From Myxococcales bacterium (GTDB lineage Bacteria; Myxococcota_A; UBA9042; JABWCM01; BTVJ01), in assembly GCA_045863395.1 (NCBI GenBank), contig BTVJ01000001.1:288001-352000 (forward strand): 64,000 bases of DNA, read 5' to 3'. The notes under the pieces were generated by a model. It was not told where the DNA came from, made no database searches, and saw only the letters and a list, made by a program, of their open reading frames with translations. Below, one piece after another: positions 56,635 through 64,000 of this stretch. A program made the position numbers and the translations under genes. The stretch's first letter is position 1. Every line of letters starts with the position of its first letter.

Positions 56635-57489
56635 CGGAGCGGCGATGGGCTCCACCACGATGTCGACGCGACGGTTCTCCGCGCGCCCGGTCGGGGTGTC
56701 ATTGGAGGCTGCGGGGCGACCCTCTCCGTAGCCCTTCGTGTCCACACGCGAGGCGGGGACGCCCTTGCCGACCAGGTACTCCTTGACCGCCTGCGCCCGG
56801 GCGATGGAGAGCTGCAGGTTGCGCTCGTCCGGCCCCTGGTTGTCCGTGTGGCCCTCGACCACCACGTTGCGGTCAGGGACGCTCCGGAGCAGGTCGGACA
56901 CGCGGTCGAGCTTGTCGAAGGCGGAGGGCCGGAGCTGAGTCTTCCCCGTGTCGAAGAGCACTCCGCCTGACAGGCTGATCACCAGGCCTCTTGCCTCTTG
57001 GGAGATTCGCGCCTCCTCCTTCAGCCGGTCCATGGCCTGGTTCATCTTCGCCTCGGCCTGGATCCGAGCCTGTTTCTCCTGCTCGAGCTGCTGCTGCTTC
57101 TCCTGGAGCGCCTGCTCCTTCTCGCGGACCTCCTCCCCGAACCGGGCACCAGCCTGCACGAGCTGCTCCTTCGCCTGGGTCAGCCGCGAATCGTACAAGC
57201 GGGTCTGGGCGATGACAGTCGCCTGCTCCGCCTTGCGCTGCGCGATGTACGCCCGATCTCGCACGCTCCACTCGTTTCCGTTCGAGTCGAAGTCACTCTC
57301 CGCCGCGGCGAGCCACTGCTTGGCCGTCAGGAGCTCCGACGGCGCCTTCGAGGCCGCAGGGCCCTTCTCGGCCTCCGCCACGGCGATCCTCGCCTGCTTC
57401 AGCTCCTCGGGAGTCGTCGTTGCACACCCCGCCCCGGTCAGCATCAGCGCCGTGATCGGCACACTCCACATCGCTCTGTGAGTCATCAT
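56626..57489 (-). CDS. OmpA-family lipoprotein with N-terminal DUF4398 domain
   Basis: GAGC lipobox; VLFDTGK, VEGHTD, N..LS..RA.AV, GYGE.RP, NRRVDI. Confidence 0.92.
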   Translation of the reverse strand: MMTHRAMWSVPITALMLTGAGCATTTPEELKQARIAVAEAEKGPAASKAPSELLTAKQWLAAAESDFDSNGNEWSVRDRAYIAQRKAEQATVIAQTRLYDSRLTQAKEQLVQAGARFGEEVREKEQALQEKQQQLEQEKQARIQAEAKMNQAMDRLKEEARISQEARGLVISLSGGVLFDTGKTQLRPSAFDKLDRVSDLLRSVPDRNVVVEGHTDNQGPDERNLQLSIARAQAVKEYLVGKGVPASRVDTKGYGEGRPAASNDTPTGRAENRRVDIVVEPIAAPSE

Positions 57490-57510
57490 GGGGGTCCTCC
57501 ATGCGCCGGG

Positions 57511-57873
57511 TCAGCGGACCTCGGTCGCTCCCATCAGCTTCTGGATCTGGCGCTCCGCAGCGTCTGCCTGCTTGCGGGTCGCCTCCATCTGCGCGATCTG
57601 CCGCGCGACCTCCGCGTCCGCCTGTGCCCGCTCCAGCACGAGCTTCGCCCGGGCGTTCTCTCCGTCCTCGATCAGCCGCTTGGCCGCGGTGTACTGGTCC
57701 GCGGCCAGCTTCAGGTGAAGCGATGCCTGGGGGATCTCGCCCGCTCCGATCGCCTCCGCTTCGCGGATGGCGGCCTCCGGGGCCGCCGTCTGCTCGACGG
57801 TGGGCGCGGAGGCGCCGCAGGCCCCGAGCCAGCCGCCGAGGGCTCCAATCGCCATGAGTTTGAAGATTGTCAT
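57511..57873 (-). CDS. DUF4398 domain lipoprotein
   Basis: LGAC lipobox; AAIREAE..GA...PQA.LHLKLA...A.ADAE; typical pairing with the OmpA gene. Confidence 0.85.
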   Translation of the reverse strand: MTIFKLMAIGALGGWLGACGASAPTVEQTAAPEAAIREAEAIGAGEIPQASLHLKLAADQYTAAKRLIEDGENARAKLVLERAQADAEVARQIAQMEATRKQADAAERQIQKLMGATEVR

Positions 57874-58020
57874 GGATCCTGCCTCCTGGGCCTCCGACAC
57901 AGCGATTCTGCCAGTCACGCAGCATTGGTGCTGCATCGGGCCCGTCTCAGGTTGTGTGTACCCCATCCCAGGGACCACACGGCAGCTAAGGCAGTCTCGT
58001 GAGAGGAGTCAAGATCCGGC

Positions 58021-58090
58021 GGGGGTCAAGTGTACTCATATCTCATATCCTGGCGCCCCAGGATATGAGATATGAGTACGCTTGACCCCC
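58021..58090. repeat. 70-bp near-perfect inverted repeat (REP/REPIN-like hairpin)
   Basis: GGGGGTCAAGTGTACTCATATCTCATATCCTGG-CGCC-CCAGGATATGAGATATGAGTACGCTTGACCCCC; 33-bp stem with one G:T pair. Confidence 0.85.
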
Positions 58091-58091
58091 A

Positions 58092-58757
58092 TCAGCTCGC
58101 CGCGAGGAGGGCGAGCCACGCCGCGAACAAGGCCGCGGAGGCGGCGGCCCAGCGGAGGGCGGTGGCTCGGCGGACCGGGCCGTCGCCCGGGACGCTGCGC
58201 CAGACGCCGGTGGCCATGGCGGCGATCCAGGCGGCGAAGCAGAGGACGGCGACGGTGGCCGGCACGGGCTTCGGGGAGCGGTCGCGGGCCACGTCCTCGC
58301 GGAAGCGGGCCTCCAGGGCCGGGCGGTCTTCTGAAGAGGAGCGGGGGCCCGTCGGGTGGACCTCGCGGGCGCGGGCGAGGACCGCGGGGAGGCGCTCGTT
58401 GGCCGCGGCGAGGGCCGCCGCGTGGGGGGTGTAGAAGCTGCGGGCCCCGAGGGAGGCCGCACGCACCGCGTCGTAGGCCTCCAGGGCGAGGAGCCAGTCC
58501 TCACGCTGCTCGGCGGCGGCTCCCAGCGCCATGAGCTCCGCGACGGCGTCCGCCGCCCAGGGGTTGCCGGGGGTCACCCAGCGGCCGGCGGAGCGGAGGT
58601 GGAAGAGGGCGGCCGGGTGGTCGCCGCGCAGGAGGGCGGCGCGCCCCGCGTCGAGGGCGGCATGGGACTCGACGAGGGCGCGGGCGGCCATGGCGGCGAC
58701 GACCACGAGCGCGACCAGGGCGACGCGCACCAGGGCGCGGCGGACCGGGCCGCGCAT
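58092..58757 (-). CDS. Hypothetical membrane protein (N-terminal TM, helical TPR-like region, two C-terminal TMs)
   Basis: TGATG coupling to the upstream permease; hydrophobic segments; GC-rich third codon positions. Confidence 0.75.
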   Translation of the reverse strand: MRGPVRRALVRVALVALVVVAAMAARALVESHAALDAGRAALLRGDHPAALFHLRSAGRWVTPGNPWAADAVAELMALGAAAEQREDWLLALEAYDAVRAASLGARSFYTPHAAALAAANERLPAVLARAREVHPTGPRSSSEDRPALEARFREDVARDRSPKPVPATVAVLCFAAWIAAMATGVWRSVPGDGPVRRATALRWAAASAALFAAWLALLAAS

Positions 58758-59551
58758 CAGATGAAGTCCCGGCGCTGGAAGAGGAGCACGGCGAGCGCCA
58801 GGAAGAAGGCGACGTAGGCCAGGGAGTAGGTCAGCGCGGCCGCCACGAAGGTGCCGGGGATCGGCATGGCCAGGAGCAGGTTCTGGGTCGCGTCGAAGAC
58901 CTGGAGGTCGGGGAACACGGCGACGAAGGCCTCGCCGAGCGGGCGCAGGGAGGGGTGGTCCACGAAGAGGCCGCGACGGGCGTCGAGGAGCTGATCCACC
59001 TGGTAGGCCACCCGCCCGAGGAAGAAGATCCCGAACGTGAACAGGCCGCTGAGCACGGGGCTCGAGAAGGCCGAGAAGAGCACGGCGACGGCTGTGACCA
59101 GCATGATCTCGAAGAAGACCAGCGCGACGACCTTGACGACCTCCACGGTGACGGGGGCCCCCTTGACGGCGAGCACGCCGGTCCACGCGAGGCCGAGGAC
59201 GCCGACCGTCACAAGCAGGATCGCGAGCAGGCCGGCGTACTTGCCCAGCACGATCTCGAAGCGGTGGACCGGCTTCGGGATGATCGTGAAGATGGTCTTC
59301 TTGTCGATCTCTTTGTAGAGCAGGATCACGCCCATGGTGATGGCGATGACCACCCCGAACAGGCCGATGGCGAAGGGGCCGAAGTCCTGGACCACCCGGG
59401 CTGCCTGACCGCGGACGGCCAGCTCTCCGAGCACCAGCGAGAAGGCGATGAAGGCGAGGGCGGCCAGCAGGAGCCCGAGAAACGCGCGGTTGCGGATCGC
59501 CTCGCGCGTGGTGTTCGACGCGATGGCGGAGATGCGAAGCAGTGAGCTCAC
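58757..59551 (-). CDS. ABC-2 type permease (PilI-like)
   Basis: AIASNTTREAIRNR, KEIDKKTIFTI..KPV.R...LGKY, FPDL..F, FQRRDF; GTGA overlap. Confidence 0.88.
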   Translation of the reverse strand: MSSLLRISAIASNTTREAIRNRAFLGLLLAALAFIAFSLVLGELAVRGQAARVVQDFGPFAIGLFGVVIAITMGVILLYKEIDKKTIFTIIPKPVHRFEIVLGKYAGLLAILLVTVGVLGLAWTGVLAVKGAPVTVEVVKVVALVFFEIMLVTAVAVLFSAFSSPVLSGLFTFGIFFLGRVAYQVDQLLDARRGLFVDHPSLRPLGEAFVAVFPDLQVFDATQNLLLAMPIPGTFVAAALTYSLAYVAFFLALAVLLFQRRDFI

Positions 59552-60495
59552 GGCTCGCCTCCTGTCTTGAGCGCCTCGCGCATGAACAGATCCTCCAGGC
59601 TGTCGCGCTTCGGCACGACGCCATCGACCTCTGCGCCGCCGTCCAGCAGCAGGCGCAAGAGCTCCGTGGAGCGGGGCGCCTCGACGACGGCCCGCCACAG
59701 CGCGCCAAGGTCGTCCACCTTGGCGCCGAAGGTCTCGACCCGCTGGGGCAGGTCCGCGTCACCACGGCGCCACGTGACCTCCGCGGTCATCAGGCGCGGG
59801 TTGAGCAGGTCGCTCAGGCGCCCGGCCGCCTGGATGACGCCCTTGTTGATGATCGCCACCTCGTCGCAGATCATCTCGATGTCCGCGAGGATGTGGCTGG
59901 AGAAGAACACCGTCTTCCCGCGGCGCCGCAGGTCCACGATGATGTCGCGGATCTCTTTCCTGCCGATGGGGTCGAGGCCGCTCAGCGGCTCGTCGAGGAC
60001 CACCAGCTCCGGGTCGTTGATCAGCGCCTGCGCGATGCCCACCCGCTGGAGCATGCCCTTCGAGAACTTCCGCAGCGTGCGCTCGCGGGCGTCCGCGAGG
60101 CCCACCAGCTCCAGGAGCTCGCCCACGCGTCGCCTCCGGGCCGCGCGGTCCATCCCGAACAGGCGGGCATAGAAGTCCAGGATCTCGTGGGGCTTCAGGT
60201 AATCGTAGAAGTAGGGCTGCTCCGGCAGGTAGCCGATGCGTGCCCGGACAGCCAGGCTCGCGATGGGCTCCCCGAGCACGCGGACGGTGCCCGCGCTCGG
60301 CCGGATGAGGCCCATGCACATCTTGATGGTGGTGGTCTTGCCCGCGCCGTTGGGACCCAGGAAGCCGAAGACGTGGCCCGCCGGCGCCGCGAAGGTGATG
60401 TCCCGCACCGCCTCGACCTTCTTCAGGCGAACGCCCAGGCGGAAGGTCTTGGACAGGCGCTCCACGGCGATGGCCGGGGTTGCTCCGGAGCTCAC
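59548..60495 (-). CDS. ABC transporter ATP-binding protein (PilH-like)
   Basis: GFLGPNGAGKTT, GYLPEQPYFYDYL, FSKGMLQRVGIAQAL, LDEPLSGLDPIGR, SSHIL. Confidence 0.92.
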   Translation of the reverse strand: MSSGATPAIAVERLSKTFRLGVRLKKVEAVRDITFAAPAGHVFGFLGPNGAGKTTTIKMCMGLIRPSAGTVRVLGEPIASLAVRARIGYLPEQPYFYDYLKPHEILDFYARLFGMDRAARRRRVGELLELVGLADARERTLRKFSKGMLQRVGIAQALINDPELVVLDEPLSGLDPIGRKEIRDIIVDLRRRGKTVFFSSHILADIEMICDEVAIINKGVIQAAGRLSDLLNPRLMTAEVTWRRGDADLPQRVETFGAKVDDLGALWRAVVEAPRSTELLRLLLDGGAEVDGVVPKRDSLEDLFMREALKTGGEP

Positions 60496-61595
60496 GGCTC
60501 ACCTCCCGTGGTGGTCAAGAGCGCGTCGCGCAGAGCGGCGCCGACCTCGTCGATGGCGTCGGGGCCCATGCCGGGCCACAGCGGCAGGGTGACGCCCGAG
60601 TCATGGATGCGCGCCGCCATGGGGAGCGCCGCGTCGGTGGCCCAGGGGCGGCCTCGCCAGGGCGCCAGCCGGTGGATGGCGTAGCTGGCGACCGTCGCCT
60701 CCGCGCGTGGCGCCAACGCGGCGAGGACGGCCGCGCGATCCACGCCGGGCGGGAGCAGGCCGACCAGGGACTGGACCACGGCGCCGGGCGCGAAGAGGCC
60801 GGGGAGGAGCGCGAGAGGGAAGGAGCGCGCCCGCTCCGCCAGGGCCGCGCGCTCGTCGATGAGGGCGTCGAGGCGCCGCAGCTGCACGACCCCAACAGCC
60901 GCGTGCACGTCGCTCAAGCGCAGGTTCAGGCCGACCTCCTCGAACCGCGCGCCCGGGTCGCCCCCGGTGGCGGGACCCATACCGTGGTTGCGCAGGCGGC
61001 GGGCGCGGTCGACGATCCCGGCGTCGGGGCTGGTCAGGGCGCCGCCCTCGCCGGTGGTGATGACTTTCCTCGGATGGAAGGAGAAGCACGCGACGTCCCC
61101 GAGGGTGCCGCAGGGGCGCCCGTCCAGGGTGGCGCCCAGCGCGCAGGCGGCGTCCTCGATGATGGGCACACCGAGTGAACGCAGCGCTGGGACGTCGGCC
61201 GGGACGCCGAAGGGGTGGACGACGATGACGGCGCGGGTGCGGGCGCTCATGGCCGCCGCGGCGCGGGCGGGATCGAGGGCCCAGCGCTCGGGATCCACGT
61301 CGGCGGCCACCGCGCGAGCGCCGACGGCCTCCACGGCGTTGGCGGGGGCGGGGAAGGTGACGCCCGGCACGATGACCTCGTCGCCCGGGCCCACGCCGAG
61401 GGCGAGCAGCGCCAGGTGCAGCGCCGCGGTGCCCGACGAGGTCGCCGCGACGGGCTGGCCGAGGCGCGTCGCGAGGGCCTCCTCGAAGGCCGCGACCCGG
61501 GCGCCCTGGACGAGGTGGCCCGAGGCGAGGACGTCGCCGACCGCGGCCAGCTCCTCCGGGCCCACCGTCGGGCGGCACAGGGGGATGGGAGTCAT
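60492..61595 (-). CDS. DegT/DnrJ/EryC1/StrS sugar aminotransferase
   Basis: SSGTAALHLAL, GPGDEVI, IEDAACALG, SFHPRKVITTGEGG, GLNLRLSD. Confidence 0.93.
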   Translation of the reverse strand: MTPIPLCRPTVGPEELAAVGDVLASGHLVQGARVAAFEEALATRLGQPVAATSSGTAALHLALLALGVGPGDEVIVPGVTFPAPANAVEAVGARAVAADVDPERWALDPARAAAAMSARTRAVIVVHPFGVPADVPALRSLGVPIIEDAACALGATLDGRPCGTLGDVACFSFHPRKVITTGEGGALTSPDAGIVDRARRLRNHGMGPATGGDPGARFEEVGLNLRLSDVHAAVGVVQLRRLDALIDERAALAERARSFPLALLPGLFAPGAVVQSLVGLLPPGVDRAAVLAALAPRAEATVASYAIHRLAPWRGRPWATDAALPMAARIHDSGVTLPLWPGMGPDAIDEVGAALRDALLTTTGGEP

Positions 61596-62545
61596 GCGGC
61601 CTCCCGGGCCCGGTACCACGCGATGGTGCGCCGCAGCCCTTCCTCGAGCTCGACGCGCGGCTCGAAGCCGAGCAGGCGCCGCGCCTTGTCGATGTTGGGG
61701 ATGCGCAGCTCCACGTCGGGGAAGTCCCACGCGACGTGCTCCAGGGCAGACCTGGAGCCCGCGAGGCGCACGATGTCCCGGGCGAGCTGGTGGATGGTCA
61801 CCGTGGATCTCGGGTTGCCGATGTTGAAGGAGTGGCCCACGGCCTCGGGCGCCACGAGCGCCGTCAGGATGCCGTCCACGATGTCGTCGATGTAGCACCA
61901 GGCCCGGATCTGGCTCCCATCGTTGTGGAGCTGGAGGGGCTCGCCGCGCAGGGCGCGAACGATGAAATGGTGGACGGCGCCTTCCCCCACCTGGCGGGGG
62001 CCGTAGATGTTGAACGGGCGGATCGCCACGGTGGGCAGGCCAAACTGTTTGAAGTAGTTGTGCGCCAGGTGCTCGGTGGCGAGCTTGCTGACCGCGTAGG
62101 TCCACCGCGCCTCTCCGACGGCGCCGAGCTGGGTCACGTCCCCCTCGGTGACGTTGAAGGCGTAGCGCCCGAAGACCTCGCTGGTCGAGAAGTCGATGAC
62201 CCGCGCGGCGCCTGCCTCCACGCAGGCGTCGAGGACGTTCATGGTCCCGAGCAGGCTCACCTTCATGGTGAGCACGGGGTTCTTCATGACCGTGTCCACG
62301 CCCGCGATGGACGCCATGTGCACCACGCGGGAGCAGCCCTGGACGGCGGCGCGGACGGTGGCCGCGTCGGTGACGTCGCCCTGGAGCAGGGTCACCGCGG
62401 GGTGGCCGTCCAGCGGCGTCCCGGGCAGCGCGTTCCGGTGTAGGTTGTCGAGCAGCACCACCTCGCGGCCGGCGTCGACGAGGCGCGTCGCGAGGGAGGT
62501 GCCGATGAAGCCTGCCCCGCCGGTGATCAGCACGCGCTCGCTCAC
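61592..62545 (-). CDS. NAD-dependent epimerase/dehydratase
   Basis: ITGGAGFIG, STSEVFG, YAVSK, RPFNIYGPRQ, NIGNP. Confidence 0.93.
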   Translation of the reverse strand: MSERVLITGGAGFIGTSLATRLVDAGREVVLLDNLHRNALPGTPLDGHPAVTLLQGDVTDAATVRAAVQGCSRVVHMASIAGVDTVMKNPVLTMKVSLLGTMNVLDACVEAGAARVIDFSTSEVFGRYAFNVTEGDVTQLGAVGEARWTYAVSKLATEHLAHNYFKQFGLPTVAIRPFNIYGPRQVGEGAVHHFIVRALRGEPLQLHNDGSQIRAWCYIDDIVDGILTALVAPEAVGHSFNIGNPRSTVTIHQLARDIVRLAGSRSALEHVAWDFPDVELRIPNIDKARRLLGFEPRVELEEGLRRTIAWYRAREAA

Positions 62546-63468
62546 GGTGTGGCCTCCTGGTCGTCGGGGGTCTTGGGGGCCTCGTCCTCGGCGGCACGGC
62601 GCTCCAGCGCAACCAGGGCGTCGTCCAGCTCGTCCCAGCTCGCGGGGAGGCGCTCGCTCGCCAGGGGCCCGAGGTAGGTGAAGAACGAGAGGTCCACGAA
62701 GGGGAGCTGCTCCTTCCAGAGCCGCTCCTGCCGCGCGATGTCCAGGAAGGACTCCTCGGCCTCCAGCTTCTGGATCCAGCCGAGCAGCTCCTCGCGCTCC
62801 CGGTCGGACGCATCGAAGTAACGCTGGTAGGCGTGGAACAGCGCCATCTTGTTGTCGTCGCGCTGGGCGTAGAGCGCCGTCAGGTAGCTGGCGTCCAAGC
62901 GGGAGCCCGGAAGCATGGACGCCACCGCGAAGTAGTCGAGGGCCTTCGTGCGCATCGCCTCTCGCTCCTCGGCGGTCTCTGCCTGCCACTCGACCAGGTA
63001 GTTGAAGCCGATGTCGAGCCAGAAGCGCCAGTCGTTGGGGAAGCGCTCGGCGCCGCGCTCTGCATAGTGGATGCTCAACAGGATGTCGTCCTGGGTGATG
63101 TGCTGGCCGTACTTCACGACCTGCGAGGCCCAACGGTAGACGGCCGGGTTGTACGGGTCGAGCTCGATGATCGTGTCGATGTAGGTCACGAGCCAGCGAT
63201 AGACCCGGTCGCCGAAGAGGTGGTCCATGAAATAGGAGAAGCCGCGGATGAACATCAGATCCGCCATGAAGTGCTCCCTACCGAGGGACAGCACGCGCAG
63301 GACCGCCGCAGGCGGCACGTAGGACGCCTCGGCAGCGCCAGGGCGAGCCAGAGCGGCACGCTCGTACCGCAGCTCGACGCGAGTCGTCTGCGTGAACAGG
63401 GCGGACAGCAGCAGCACGACCACCGCGATGACCATGTGCAGGGACCGCTGTAGGGGGACTCCGCGCAA
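62542..63468 (-). CDS. PilG-like (myxobacterial) helical/TPR-like protein with N-terminal TM
   Basis: P....LRVLSLG...MADLMFIR...Y, I.ELDPY....Y, G.ERFPNDWR....GFNY; lies upstream of pilH/pilI-like genes. Confidence 0.65.
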   Translation of the reverse strand: MRGVPLQRSLHMVIAVVVLLLSALFTQTTRVELRYERAALARPGAAEASYVPPAAVLRVLSLGREHFMADLMFIRGFSYFMDHLFGDRVYRWLVTYIDTIIELDPYNPAVYRWASQVVKYGQHITQDDILLSIHYAERGAERFPNDWRFWLDIGFNYLVEWQAETAEEREAMRTKALDYFAVASMLPGSRLDASYLTALYAQRDDNKMALFHAYQRYFDASDREREELLGWIQKLEAEESFLDIARQERLWKEQLPFVDLSFFTYLGPLASERLPASWDELDDALVALERRAAEDEAPKTPDDQEATP

Positions 63469-63553
63469 CCGCTCCTCCTGTGGCTGGGCGCGTTTCGGGG
63501 CGACGGGGGCGATTATGAAGGGTTCGAGGTTGGGTTGGCAAACGCCCGGAGGC

Positions 63554-64000
63554 TCACCGGCCCTCGTGGGCGCTGAGCAGACGGGACGCCCAGTTGGCGA
63601 GCTGCGGTCCCTGGCGGGCGTACAGATCCGCGACGGGCGAGCTCGCCACGGGGGCCCACTCGCCCGTGTCGCGACCTCGAAACGCAGGGTGGGGCATGAC
63701 CAGAAAATCGGCCGGCAGCGCAGCGTAGAGGGGCGGCAGGGCGTCCGCCCCCCCTGGGCTCGACCAGGCGCCGGCGATGGCCTCGGTGATCTGGAGGACG
63801 CGGGGCGGAGCCACCATGCGACCGTCCACGGTCACGCGGAGGGCAGGCCAGGCGTGGTAGAGGATGTAACCGCCCCACGCCGCCGGCGTGGCGACGCGCC
63901 CCTCGACCCCGGAGGAGGCGAGCAGCGCTGTCACCTCCACGGGGAAGTGGCGGGAGTCCACGTCGTCGGCGCGTGCATGGAGCGATGCCGAGACGGACGG
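63554..64000 (-). CDS. C-terminal part of a probable membrane (GT-C-like) glycosyltransferase (5' truncated by window edge)
   Basis: Frame is open to the window end; FP..V....WGGYILY..WP..RV.VDGR motif. Confidence 0.55.
   Translation of the reverse strand, partial: PSVSASLHARADDVDSRHFPVEVTALLASSGVEGRVATPAAWGGYILYHAWPALRVTVDGRMVAPPRVLQITEAIAGAWSSPGGADALPPLYAALPADFLVMPHPAFRGRDTGEWAPVASSPVADLYARQGPQLANWASRLLSAHEGR

Noticed and set aside
57898..57915. Sigma54 promoter for the DUF4398-OmpA operon
   Set aside because: TGGCAG is present on the minus strand but the -12 GC is replaced by GT
1..64000. Long antisense or alternate-frame ORFs (e.g. 985-3102, 33597-36776, 40315-42951, 53262-56456) and the long N-terminal extensions in the ORF track
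   Set aside because: They shadow well-supported genes, are Arg/Pro/Gly-rich without motifs, and reflect stop-codon scarcity in high-GC DNA
1..64000. CRISPR array, tRNA, rRNA, intact IS or prophage
   Set aside because: No repeat-spacer periodicity, cloverleaf, transposase, integrase or phage structural gene was recognised by eye; a covariance-model scan was not possible

Overview
GC-rich bacterial chromosome segment, probably Myxococcota: it has MYXO-CTERM sorting signals, Cys-rich lipoproteins and a pilG/H/I-like cluster. About 50 CDSs were called; no rRNA, tRNA, CRISPR array or intact transposase/integrase was seen. Housekeeping genes include parAB, a cysteine desulfurase, hemE, dinB, a thioredoxin, ogt and arsR-arsM. 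The most unusual region is a 7,282-bp unit (19095-26376) bounded by an exact 233-bp direct repeat of the ybbA 3' end, with no integrase inside it. It starts with a rearranged, decayed copy of the genes lying just downstream, plus a ychF fragment and TIR-like scars. It then carries an AT-richer three-gene surface-protein operon. The first gene has a C15 tract right after its ATG that puts it out of frame (phase-variation candidate, or a homopolymer sequencing error). That gene looks like a polyprotein: an internal MYXO-CTERM followed directly by a second signal peptide and an HExxH metalloprotease. Also notable: a candidate metalloprotease/emfourin-like inhibitor pair, a tandem alpha-carbonic anhydrase lipoprotein, a fibre protein with two fibrinogen-like tips, clear FadR and ArsR operators, and a 33-bp-stem REP-like hairpin. 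All family calls come from reading motifs by eye; no database searches were run.
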